Translations under genes and position numbers: made by a program | The notes under the pieces: generated by a model | Seen by the model: the letters and a program-made list of their open reading frames with translations, nothing else | Databases searched by the model: none | What the model was told of the DNA's origin: nothing | From: Acidobacteriota bacterium | GTDB lineage: Bacteria; Acidobacteriota; Terriglobia; Terriglobales; Acidobacteriaceae | Reading direction: 5' to 3' | NCBI GenBank assembly: GCA_013289765.1 | Contig: JABCZI010000014.1 | Coordinates: 14,415 to 78,414 of the forward strand | DNA: 64,000 nt | In this document: positions 8,810 to 17,497 of the stretch, in pieces | How the letters are laid out: every line of letters starts with the position of its first letter | Numbering within the stretch: position 1 is the first letter of the stretch

Positions 8810-10690
8810 TTGAAAATCACGAAGACTCTGTTGTGGAGAAACATACCTGTTTCAGCTTGCTTTCCCTTGTCTATGTTCTGTCTCGCGAGCTGGGCAGGGC
8901 CCTGTTACGCGCAGACTGGGGCGCAAACCAGTGTTCCTGCGAAAGTGGCGATCCTGCACGCCCCCTCGTCAGATGGATCTGGCGCAGGAACCGGGGACAG
9001 CACAGCGCCTGCAACAGCTCAGCCAGCTGCCGCCCCTGATGCGGTGCCGCTTGCGCTTGAGAAAGAGCTTGCGGAGATGAAGGCACGCATGGAGCAGATC
9101 GAAACTCAACTGATGGAACTGAAAACTCATGCGGCCACGGCACCCGCATCGTCGACATCTGCGGCAGTATCAAAATCCGCCCCTGTCACAGAATCCGGGA
9201 CTAAAGCAACAGATGTCGAGTCATCGACAGCGAGTGTCAACCCGCCGACTCAAGAGGCACGTACGGGTTTACCAGGAAAGCCGGCGCCTACCCAACCCTT
9301 TGCGTACGCGGACTGGACTTGGCTGAACGGAACGGCTCGCAACAAAGACGCGGTGTGGGATTCGAAATTCTTCACTCCGGAAATTCGTTTCGATACTCAT
9401 TATGTGATGGACTTCAATCATCCGAGAGATGATTCGATGGGCGGTTCCACCGAAATCTTTCGGTCTAACGAGATACAGTTAGAGCAGATCAGCTTTGGCG
9501 GCGACTTTCACTGGCAGGATGTTCGCGGCCGGATTTTGACCATGAATGGAATGTTCGGAGTCACGACGCCGCGGAATGACGCCAGTGCCGGGCGCGGCCA
9601 GTGGGACCTTCGTGGCGCTTACAAATACGTGTCGGAAGCGTATGGGGGATACCACTGGAACGTTAATCACGGGCTCAATTTCGACGCAGGAATTTTCGTC
9701 TCCTATATTGGTCTTTTCAGTTATTACAATTTCGATAACTGGGCTTACCAACCGTCGTACGTGTCATCGAACACCCCTTGGTTTTTCAATGGTATCCGCA
9801 TCCAGTGGTTCCCAACGGATAAGTTGAAGATTGAGCCTTGGATCATCAACGGCTGGCAATCCTATGGCAGATTGGGCAGCAAGCCCGGTCTAGGAGGGCA
9901 AATTCTATATCGCCCGAAGCCCTGGCTCTCGCTTGTCTTCAATAACTACGGGATGGGCGAAGATACGCTGGGCAACGGCAATGGCCAATTTGGCCGCTCC
10001 CGCATCCACACTGACGACAGCATCGAAGTCAAATACTACGACAAGCCTCATGATTTCCTGGACAAGATGGCATTCTCCGTCACGGGTGATTTGGGGTGCG
10101 AATACGGCACGGCCCCGAACAGCGTTGGCGCCCAGGGACAAACGCTCGTTAACAGCGTAAATTGCCACCATAACACTGCCACCAGCCGTAAGCAGAGCTT
10201 CGCCGGATGGATGGTCTACAACCGTTGGTGGTTCGATAAAGATCGATACGGCTTTACGTTGGGCGGCGGAGCAATGTCGAATCCAGGGCGCTACCTGACT
10301 CTGCTGCCGCCAATCAATGGGGCCGATGCCATCACCGGGTCGCCGTATTTCACGCAGAACCCTGGTGATCCCTTCAAAGCCTGGGATACCTCGGCCACGT
10401 TTGACTACATGCCGAGACAGTACATTACTTTCCGCGTGGAGTATGGGTACCGCCACGCGAATGTACCTTACTTCACCGGTCGCGGCGGTATAACCCCAAC
10501 TGTCAATACGACCCCCAGCACGATTCCTAACCCGAGTGCAGGATCTGTAGTGGAAAACACCAGCTGGGCACCAGGCGCGTTCTTGTCGTCCACACCCGGC
10601 TTCACGTGCGTGGCTGGAACTACGGGTTTCTGCCCCGATCTGCGGAAAGACGAACCCAGCATGAGGTACGCGATCATGGTCAAGTTTTAG
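8810..10690 (+). CDS. Outer-membrane beta-barrel porin-like protein with N-terminal coiled coil
   Basis: Signal peptide ending ...GPCYAQ. Ala/Pro/Ser-rich linker followed by the coiled coil LEKELAEMKARMEQIETQLMELK. Aromatic/Gly/Asn-rich strand-like body ending ...AIMVKF, where a terminal Phe is typical of OM barrels. The start is uncertain (GTG 8708, TTG 8810 or ATG 8873). Confidence 0.75.
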   Translation: MKITKTLLWRNIPVSACFPLSMFCLASWAGPCYAQTGAQTSVPAKVAILHAPSSDGSGAGTGDSTAPATAQPAAAPDAVPLALEKELAEMKARMEQIETQLMELKTHAATAPASSTSAAVSKSAPVTESGTKATDVESSTASVNPPTQEARTGLPGKPAPTQPFAYADWTWLNGTARNKDAVWDSKFFTPEIRFDTHYVMDFNHPRDDSMGGSTEIFRSNEIQLEQISFGGDFHWQDVRGRILTMNGMFGVTTPRNDASAGRGQWDLRGAYKYVSEAYGGYHWNVNHGLNFDAGIFVSYIGLFSYYNFDNWAYQPSYVSSNTPWFFNGIRIQWFPTDKLKIEPWIINGWQSYGRLGSKPGLGGQILYRPKPWLSLVFNNYGMGEDTLGNGNGQFGRSRIHTDDSIEVKYYDKPHDFLDKMAFSVTGDLGCEYGTAPNSVGAQGQTLVNSVNCHHNTATSRKQSFAGWMVYNRWWFDKDRYGFTLGGGAMSNPGRYLTLLPPINGADAITGSPYFTQNPGDPFKAWDTSATFDYMPRQYITFRVEYGYRHANVPYFTGRGGITPTVNTTPSTIPNPSAGSVVENTSWAPGAFLSSTPGFTCVAGTTGFCPDLRKDEPSMRYAIMVKF

Positions 10691-11027
10691 TTCAGGCGAA
10701 GCTTTGAGTCTTCCTGACACGAGAGCTGCCACGAAGACGACGATGCGCGCGACAAAAAAAGGGGAGCGTACCGAAACTGTTTGCAGTTCTGGCGCTTCTC
10801 CGCAGACGCTTCTTTTGGACTAACGACGCGGCCGCCCAATCCTTTGGGACGCCGTTCCCCAGGTTCCTAATCGCCCATCAGAGTGGACGTCGATCACCTA
10901 AGCGCCGACCTTTAGTTCTGCTCCCCAACTAACCATACTCAAACTGATGATGACTTAACGTCATCCATGCCATGCGGCTGATACTCGTCAGATCCAAGTA
11001 ATTAAGTGCCTTCACCAGGACGAGTAA

Positions 11028-11082
11028 GAGAGATCTACTTTTCCGACGAGCAGATCTGCTCATCGCAAGTCATGAGCAGATC
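11028..11082. promoter_or_regulatory. Cluster of three related AGATC(T)-centred sites, including a perfect 14-bp palindrome; candidate operator
   Basis: gagAGATCTac (11028..), perfect palindrome GAGCAGATCTGCTC (11048..11061), and GAGCAGATC again (11074..11082). They sit in a 680-bp gene-free, AT-richer gap about 300 bp upstream of the TPR/GT2 operon. Confidence 0.3.
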
Positions 11083-11369
11083 GAGGTGTCACTTACTTGA
11101 AGACTAGCCAACCGGACCGTCGGCAGCCTCCAATTGTGTTCGTGGCGAATTTGCGGATGTTCTGTTTGTTTCGCCGTCTTTCCGCTCCAGAGTTAGGTTC
11201 TACAGGGTCTTTGCACTCATTCCCAGGTGTCAGTCGTGTCCACAGAAGGATCGGCGAGACTTTGTGCGACTTTAGATAGGTTACTTATGTAATAGCGGGC
11301 GCGCTCGAATAAGTGTTTCCTTACAGGTTTAGGTTCAAACTATCTACTAACCTATTGAATTCGTAATGT

Positions 11370-12653
11370 ATGTCTCTAGCATTCATAAGTATCTCGGAGC
11401 GAGTTGTATTCATACTGATCAGATTGCTGATTGGGGGTTGGCTATTGTGCGCTCTCGCATGGGGGCAGCAGGTGACTTCATCCTGGCAAGAAGAGGTGCG
11501 CAGGCGCACGGCGGCGCACGATTGGACCGCAGCCCTGGATATCGTAGATCGCGAGGTGTCTCGATCGCCAAAGGATATGGATATACGAGCTTGGCGCGCA
11601 CGGATTCTGCAGTGGTCAGGGAGGCTGAAGGAAGCTGAACTTGAATATCAGGAGATACTCGCCGCTGTTCCGAATGATCCTGATAACTGGATGGGCTTGG
11701 CAGCGGTTTACTCGCGCGAGGGGCGAAACAGGGAAGCGTTACAAGCGCTGGACCGCTCCGTCGAACTAGACCCGAAACGTGCCGATATTCGGGCGGCACG
11801 CGGTGCCGCTTTGCGAACTCTCGGGGCCGAGAACGAAGCGAGGCTGGAATTCAGCCGTGCAGTGGATTTGGATCCAACGAATGTGGAGGGCCGCGCCGGC
11901 TTGGTCTCTCCGCGCGGCGAGGCGAGGCACGAATTACGGGTGGGCATGAACACTGACCTCTTCAATTTTGCCGATGCCAACCGGGATGAAGGACTCACCC
12001 TCATCTCCAAGTGGACTTCGCGCTGGATGACCAGCGTGTCTGCGGCAGGGTACGACCGGGGAAGCATTGCGGCGGAAAAAGTCGTGGCCAGCTTGACCGG
12101 GCAGGTGCCTCGATGGGGTGCGCTAACGGTCGGAGGGGCGGCGGCACATGACAACGGCGTCATCCCGAAAGACGAGGGGTTCTTTGACTACGACCGCGGG
12201 TTCAAACTTCACGCCAGCAGCTTCATCCGCGGATTAGAGATTGTGTATGGGCAGCACTGGTATTGGTACAGCACGGCGCGGATTCTGACCATCAACGAAA
12301 CCACGCAGTTCTACCTGCCACGCGATTGGACGTGGGCGCTGGGAGTGACGGGAGCAAGAAGCCATTTCTCCGGAACAGGTGCGGAGTGGCGACCTTCGGG
12401 AATGACACGAATCGGATTTCCCATCGCGAAGTGGGAAGATCGCCGCCTCGGAGGGAATGTTTTCTTGGCCGTCGGAACAGAGAATTTCGCACAGGTCGAT
12501 CAGATTGGAGAATTTTCTTCCCAGACGTACGGAAGCGGTTTGCGCTTCCAACTTACAGCGCGCCAGGACGTAACCGGTTTCGCCGCTTATCAGAAGCGGT
12601 CGCAGGGTCGGACAGAATCGAGCTTTGGGTTTACTTATGGGATCCGCTTTTGA
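11370..12653 (+). CDS. Secreted TPR-repeat protein with C-terminal outer-membrane beta-barrel (YaiO/PgaA-like exopolysaccharide porin candidate)
   Basis: Signal peptide LLIGGWLLCALAWGQQ. TPR-like repeats (AWRARILQWSGRLKEAELEYQEILAAVPNDPDNWMGLAAVYSREGRNREALQALDRSVELDPKRADI...). The C-terminal ~240 aa are strand-like and end FTYGIRF. Confidence 0.75.
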   Translation: MSLAFISISERVVFILIRLLIGGWLLCALAWGQQVTSSWQEEVRRRTAAHDWTAALDIVDREVSRSPKDMDIRAWRARILQWSGRLKEAELEYQEILAAVPNDPDNWMGLAAVYSREGRNREALQALDRSVELDPKRADIRAARGAALRTLGAENEARLEFSRAVDLDPTNVEGRAGLVSPRGEARHELRVGMNTDLFNFADANRDEGLTLISKWTSRWMTSVSAAGYDRGSIAAEKVVASLTGQVPRWGALTVGGAAAHDNGVIPKDEGFFDYDRGFKLHASSFIRGLEIVYGQHWYWYSTARILTINETTQFYLPRDWTWALGVTGARSHFSGTGAEWRPSGMTRIGFPIAKWEDRRLGGNVFLAVGTENFAQVDQIGEFSSQTYGSGLRFQLTARQDVTGFAAYQKRSQGRTESSFGFTYGIRF

Positions 12654-13851
12654 CACATTTCGCAAGCTAGGTCCGGCGGCCTTTGTGCTGAAGGCGATCA
12701 TCTTCGTGATCGTAGCTGACGTGTTGCTGTTGGCATTTATCCTGCTTCGGCGAACCTACCGCAAGTGGTACTTCGCGAATCGCGACGCGCGTATGCTGGC
12801 AATCCGCCAGCAGTGGGATGCGCTAATTTCAGGAGAGATTCCATTCGCTGCGTGGCGCACCAAAACATCGGAGCGGGAACTAATCGAGGCCATGGTGCTG
12901 GACGCTTATGAAGTCGCCAATCCAGAAGAGTCGGCGCGCCTGCTGAAATTCATGCGCGCCAGCGGGCTGGTTGAAAAACGCATCCTGGAGGCTCGCCACC
13001 ACCACGGATGGCGTCGGCACAAAGCACTGGTGGCACTCGCTCGAACGCGCGCACCCGAAGGAATTCGGGCCTTGGCTGAGGGACTGCGCGATCGCGATTC
13101 GGAAACCAGGCTGGCCGCTCTACGCGGTCTGGGCCGGATGGCTTGCCCGGAGGCTGCGAAGGAGATCCTGAACTGGGTGGATGACGCCGGACTGGTCGTG
13201 CCAGTGCTTCCGTTGCAAAGCGCGCTCATCCAGACTTGCGCGGAACGTCCGCAGGAATTATTGCCGCACCTGCACCATGCGGACAAACCCGTGCGTGAAG
13301 TGCTGGGACGCGTGCTTGGAGAAGTGGCTACGCCTTTGCTCGGCTCGGAGTTGATGCGGTTCGCTGATGACGATTTGCCTGAACTGCGAGCTGCAGCGGC
13401 TCGCGGGCTTTCGTATCTAAACGCTGTCGAGGCGGTCAATATTCTGAGTGAGCTGGCAAAGGATACGGTATGGTTTGTGCGCCTGCGCGCCATGGTCAGT
13501 TTGGGCGGATTTTGTCACCCGACGGCCCTCCCAATTTTGGTTCAGGGACTAACCGATTCGAATCGGCTGGTTCGCCTGCGAGCCGCAGAAGGTCTCGTGG
13601 ATTTCAAGACAGAATTGCTGCCGATCTTCGAAAAAGTCGTAGCCCTCCAAGACCAATACGGTTTACATGCATTCTTAACCGCTCTCGAAAATGCCGGCTT
13701 GCAGGGCAGTCTCGTTGCAGCGATCAAGAACAGAAACAGCGGGATGGAGACTAATGAGACTTTGCTTGAGGTATTGCGCACAGCGAACCTTTCTGCCCCA
13801 CCACCCGCGCCCGAGGAAAACACTCTCGTCAAGGCGGCGGCGCAATCGTGA
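12637..13851 (+). CDS. Membrane-anchored HEAT-repeat protein
   Basis: N-terminal TM helix AFVLKAIIFVIVADVLLLAFILL. Repeated HEAT/PBS-lyase-like units (ETRLAALRGLGRM, LRAAAARGLSYL, VRLRAMVSLGG, VRLRAAEGLVDF). ATG 12637 (TTG 12625 is also possible) overlaps the upstream gene end. Confidence 0.8.
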   Translation: MGSAFDTFRKLGPAAFVLKAIIFVIVADVLLLAFILLRRTYRKWYFANRDARMLAIRQQWDALISGEIPFAAWRTKTSERELIEAMVLDAYEVANPEESARLLKFMRASGLVEKRILEARHHHGWRRHKALVALARTRAPEGIRALAEGLRDRDSETRLAALRGLGRMACPEAAKEILNWVDDAGLVVPVLPLQSALIQTCAERPQELLPHLHHADKPVREVLGRVLGEVATPLLGSELMRFADDDLPELRAAAARGLSYLNAVEAVNILSELAKDTVWFVRLRAMVSLGGFCHPTALPILVQGLTDSNRLVRLRAAEGLVDFKTELLPIFEKVVALQDQYGLHAFLTALENAGLQGSLVAAIKNRNSGMETNETLLEVLRTANLSAPPPAPEENTLVKAAAQS

Positions 13852-15290
13852 TTCACCTTTTGGACTGGGCCAATCACGCGCTGTTCTACTATTATCTCGC
13901 TTCAAACCTCGCGTACCTGATGATGCTTGTCATCGCGTTCAGGACCAGCGCAGCACACCTCCGGCACCTCGAAAGCATTCGCCTGGACTGGATTAAAGAT
14001 TCCCCGATGGTTCCTCCTGTCAGCCTGCTTGTTCCCGCGCATAACGAAGAGCAATCTATTTGCACTGCAGTGAGGAATCTGCTTGATCTTGATTATCCCG
14101 AACTCGAAATAATCGTCATCAATGATGGGTCCACCGATAATACGCTGCAGATAATGCAGAAGGAATTTCGCCTGCGCGCGGTGAGAGCCGTCTATGTCCC
14201 GCAGGTAGTGAGCGCTCCGGTCCGCGGGTTATACCGGAGCGATGTCGACATGCGCCTTCTTGTCATCGACAAGAGCCCCGCCGGAAGCAAGGCGGATGCG
14301 GTAAATGCCGGTTTGAATGCGGCAGCTTCGCCCTATGTGTGCGTTGTCGATGCGGACTCGGTGCTTGAGCGCGATGCCCTGCTTCGGATTATGGTGCCTG
14401 TCCTGTCAGATCCTAACCGTGTCGTAGCAGCGGGGGGGATTGTCCGGGTCTTGAATGGATCACAGATCGAAGCAGGACGAATCCGCCGAGTACGCCTCGC
14501 GAGGAAAAGTATCGAAGTTATCCAAGTCGTCGAATATCTCCGCGCTTTCTTAATTGGTAGGGAGGCATGGGCACGCGGCAACATGCTGATGATCGTTTCT
14601 GGAGCCTTCGGAGTATTTCGAACCGATTTGGTGCGCGCTATAGGTGGGTACCGGCGTTCCGCCATCGGCGAAGATTTCGATCTGGTGGCGCGCTTACATC
14701 GTCATTTGCTCAATAATCACGCCGACTACCGCATCGCATTTGTTCCAGATCCCGTTTGCTGGACGGAAGTTCCATCGGATCTACGCTCCCTCGCCAGACA
14801 GCGGGCGCGCTGGCAAAAAGGTCTGTTGGACGTTTTGTGGCCCAACCGGGATATGCTCTTCCGGCCGCGCTACGGACGTATCGGATGGTTAGCGCTTCCG
14901 TACTTGTGGATCTTCGAACTATTAGCCCCTGTCATTGAAATTACCGGTTTTGCATCGGTCTTATTGGCGGCACTCTTTGGCGCGTTGAGTTGGACATTCT
15001 CTCTTCAGTTCGTGCTCTTCGGGTATGGGTTTGCGACCGTCATTTCAATTGGATCCGTGCTGCAGGAAGAACTGACTTACAAGCGATACAACGACTGGCA
15101 AGATGTTGCCCGACTAGTGAGCTACTGCTTCCTCGAACATTTTCCTTACCGCCAAATGCATATGATCTGGCGGCTGCAAGGCCTCTGGCAATACCTTCGA
15201 GGCGACATGGCTTGGAGGCCAATGAAGAGGCTAGGACAGGAATCTGTAGACCCAGACAAGACAGGTCCGACCCCCCTTCCTGCCAGGTGA
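13848..15290 (+). CDS. Processive family-2 glycosyltransferase (PgaC/NodC/BcsA-like polysaccharide synthase)
   Basis: LLVPAHNEE...DYPELEIIVINDGSTDNT, VVDADS, GAFGVFR, GEDFDL and QRARWQKG (QxxRW). TM helices lie before and after the catalytic domain. The GTG start overlaps the HEAT gene stop (GTGA). Confidence 0.88.
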   Translation: MIHLLDWANHALFYYYLASNLAYLMMLVIAFRTSAAHLRHLESIRLDWIKDSPMVPPVSLLVPAHNEEQSICTAVRNLLDLDYPELEIIVINDGSTDNTLQIMQKEFRLRAVRAVYVPQVVSAPVRGLYRSDVDMRLLVIDKSPAGSKADAVNAGLNAAASPYVCVVDADSVLERDALLRIMVPVLSDPNRVVAAGGIVRVLNGSQIEAGRIRRVRLARKSIEVIQVVEYLRAFLIGREAWARGNMLMIVSGAFGVFRTDLVRAIGGYRRSAIGEDFDLVARLHRHLLNNHADYRIAFVPDPVCWTEVPSDLRSLARQRARWQKGLLDVLWPNRDMLFRPRYGRIGWLALPYLWIFELLAPVIEITGFASVLLAALFGALSWTFSLQFVLFGYGFATVISIGSVLQEELTYKRYNDWQDVARLVSYCFLEHFPYRQMHMIWRLQGLWQYLRGDMAWRPMKRLGQESVDPDKTGPTPLPAR

Positions 15291-15316
15291 AAACATCTTT
15301 TCCTGTCGAAATAAAA

Positions 15317-16477
15317 CTAACTCGCCGGTTGCTGTTGCGTCATGCAGTGCGTAGTGCCGAGTCCCCAGACGAGATCGCCCGAATAAATGGGGACGATCTT
15401 GCGCGTGGGGAAGAGATCTGACAGCGTGTTGAGGGCGATGCGGTCGTTGGGGTCGTTGAAGACTGGTACGAGCACGACGCCGTTTGCGATGTAGAAATTG
15501 GCGTAGCTTGCGGGAAGGCGTCGCTGCTCGAAGATAACGGGCGCGGGCATGGGAAGTTCGACGATGGTCAGCGGCTTGCCCGCCTGATCGCGCGCGGCTT
15601 GTAGTAGCCCCAGGTTGTCACGCAGCGGTTTGTGATTTACGTCTTTGCGATTGCTCTCGACCATGGTGACCACCGTATCCCGAGCGACGAAGCGGGTCAG
15701 GTCGTCGACGTGGCCGTGAGTATCGTCCCCCGAAATGCCTTTGTTGAGCCAGATTACGTGTGGGGCACCCAGGTAATCGGCGAAAAGTTTTTCATAGTCT
15801 TTGCGCGACATGCCTGGATTGCGCTGCTGGACTTTGCTGAGTAGGCATTCTTCGGTGGTGAGGAGCGTGCCTTGTCCGTTAACGTCGATGGAGCCACCCT
15901 CGAGGACGACGCGTGTGTTGCGATGAGTGGGACGGATTTCTTGCGCGTGGGCGACGGTGGACATCAGGGCGCCGATTTTTTCGTCGTGACGCCAGTTGGA
16001 GTATTTGGCCCAAGCATTAAAGCCGAAGTTCATGGCGAGGAGTGAACCCTCAGGGGCTAAAGCCCGCATTGCTTTCGCATCGTCATTGGCACGACTCAAG
16101 TCGCGCCCTTCCCGAACTTCATGTGGGGACGGCCCCCCAAGCTTGCCCTGAGCGGAGCCGAAGGGGCTGTCCGGCCGGGCGAAGCCCGGCTTTTCCTTCA
16201 CGAAGATGCACCCCGAATCGCGCAGCCAGGCGCGGTTCGTCGGCCATCGGTGAAATCGTACGTTCCCGGGAAACGCATTCGCCCGTTGGAGCAGCTTGCG
16301 AGCCTGATGTTCTGCTGCAGCGTCGTTCACAATCAAGTCCACCCGCTCGTGGCGCGCGAGATTTCTGATGATCTCCGTGTAGACCCATGGGATCGGTTCG
16401 AACTTACCCGGCCAATCTCCGTGATGGTGCGGCCACGCCAGCCAGGTAGCATCGTGCGGTTCCCATTCGGCGGGCAT
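15317..16477 (-). CDS. aguA: Agmatine deiminase carrying a ~49-aa in-frame insertion
   Basis: Canonical N-terminus MPAEWEPHDATWLAWPH, then WLRDSG and FNAWAKY. C-terminal GLGTTHCMTQQQP contains the catalytic Cys. Start moved from 16738 to ATG 16477, because the Arg-rich upstream extension overlaps the aguB 3' end. Confidence 0.88.
   Translation of the reverse strand: MPAEWEPHDATWLAWPHHHGDWPGKFEPIPWVYTEIIRNLARHERVDLIVNDAAAEHQARKLLQRANAFPGNVRFHRWPTNRAWLRDSGCIFVKEKPGFARPDSPFGSAQGKLGGPSPHEVREGRDLSRANDDAKAMRALAPEGSLLAMNFGFNAWAKYSNWRHDEKIGALMSTVAHAQEIRPTHRNTRVVLEGGSIDVNGQGTLLTTEECLLSKVQQRNPGMSRKDYEKLFADYLGAPHVIWLNKGISGDDTHGHVDDLTRFVARDTVVTMVESNRKDVNHKPLRDNLGLLQAARDQAGKPLTIVELPMPAPVIFEQRRLPASYANFYIANGVVLVPVFNDPNDRIALNTLSDLFPTRKIVPIYSGDLVWGLGTTHCMTQQQPAS
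16046..16192. repeat. GC-rich palindromic (REP/MITE-like) element inserted in frame within aguA
   Basis: The peptide KPGFARPDSPFGSAQGKLGGPSPHEVREGRDLSRANDDAKAMRALAPEG interrupts the conserved spacing between RDSGxxF and FNAW. The DNA holds nested hairpins, e.g. GCCGGGC-gaa-GCCCGGC at 16174..16190 followed by TTTT on the + strand, and GGGCtaaaGCCC. Confidence 0.5.
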
Positions 16478-16545
16478 GCGCGGGCACGCAGACAGACTTA
16501 AAGCGTTACTTGAAGTCAGGGCTGAGGCAATCTTCACGGAGATTC

Positions 16546-17475
16546 TTACCGTCCGTCCAAAAGCCGACTCGAGATGGGAGCATACGCATCGATCCGCCGG
16601 TCGCGCAAGAACGGCCAGTTGCGGCGGATATCTTCGAGGGCTTTCAGGTCGACGTCGCCGATCAGAATTTCTTCGCGGTCGTGAGAGGCTTCGGCTACGA
16701 CGCGGCCAAAAGGATCGCAGAAAAAAGATCCACCCCAAAATTCAAGTCCATGACCCGGCGTAGATTTGCCGCGGACGTTGCCAGTCTCAAAACCAACGCG
16801 ATTCACAACGGCGACATAGACGCCATTCGCGATGGCGTGGGCGCGCTGAATGGTGCGCCAGGCGTCGTGTTGGGCGACGCCGAACTCGGCTTTCTCGGAC
16901 GGGTGCCAACCGATGGCGGTGGGATAGAAGAGCACCGTCGCGCCTTGCAGAGCGGTAAGGCGTGCGCCTTCGGGGAACCACTGATCCCAGCAGACAAGAG
17001 TGCCGAGGCGACCGGCTGTAGTATCGAGCGCGCGAAACCCAAGATCGCCGGGCGTGAAGTAAAACTTTTCGTAATAGAGCGGATCGTCCGGAATATGCAT
17101 CTTCCGGTAAAGGCCGCGCAGCGTTCCGTCCGAATCGAAAATCGCCGCTGTGTTGTGATAGATGCCGGGAGCACGCTTTTCAAATAACGACGCGATCAGG
17201 ACGACGCCGTGCTGGCGGGCGGCTGCGGCCAGTTTGTCACTGGCGGGACCGGGAATGGATTCGGCCAAATCGAAGAGCGCGTGATCTTCGCGCTGGCAGA
17301 AATATTGCGACTGAAACAGTTCGGGCAGGCAGACGACTTGAGCGCCGCGTCCGGCGGCGTCGGCCACGCGGTCCAAGGCTTTCTGAAGATTCTGTTCCGG
17401 CTCCGGGCCGCAGGACATCTGCACCAGGGCTACGCGAAATTTGTCAGGGGGCACGCGAATCAGTCCTCTGGTCAA
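16546..17475 (-). CDS. aguB: N-carbamoylputrescine amidase (CN-hydrolase family)
   Basis: FRVALVQMSC start. Catalytic-triad context LPELF...YRKMHIP...LVCWDQWFPE. Immediately upstream of aguA on the same strand. Confidence 0.88.
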   Translation of the reverse strand: MTRGLIRVPPDKFRVALVQMSCGPEPEQNLQKALDRVADAAGRGAQVVCLPELFQSQYFCQREDHALFDLAESIPGPASDKLAAAARQHGVVLIASLFEKRAPGIYHNTAAIFDSDGTLRGLYRKMHIPDDPLYYEKFYFTPGDLGFRALDTTAGRLGTLVCWDQWFPEGARLTALQGATVLFYPTAIGWHPSEKAEFGVAQHDAWRTIQRAHAIANGVYVAVVNRVGFETGNVRGKSTPGHGLEFWGGSFFCDPFGRVVAEASHDREEILIGDVDLKALEDIRRNWPFLRDRRIDAYAPISSRLLDGR

Positions 17476-17497
17476 TATAGCATTTGCGCGGCAGCTA

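Noticed and set aside
16478-16738. 87-aa N-terminal extension of the aguA ORF
   Set aside because: It is Arg-rich (RRSRSLSRPRRNSDRRRRPESPRR) and overlaps the 3' end of aguB. The canonical AguA N-terminus MPAEWEPH starts at 16477.
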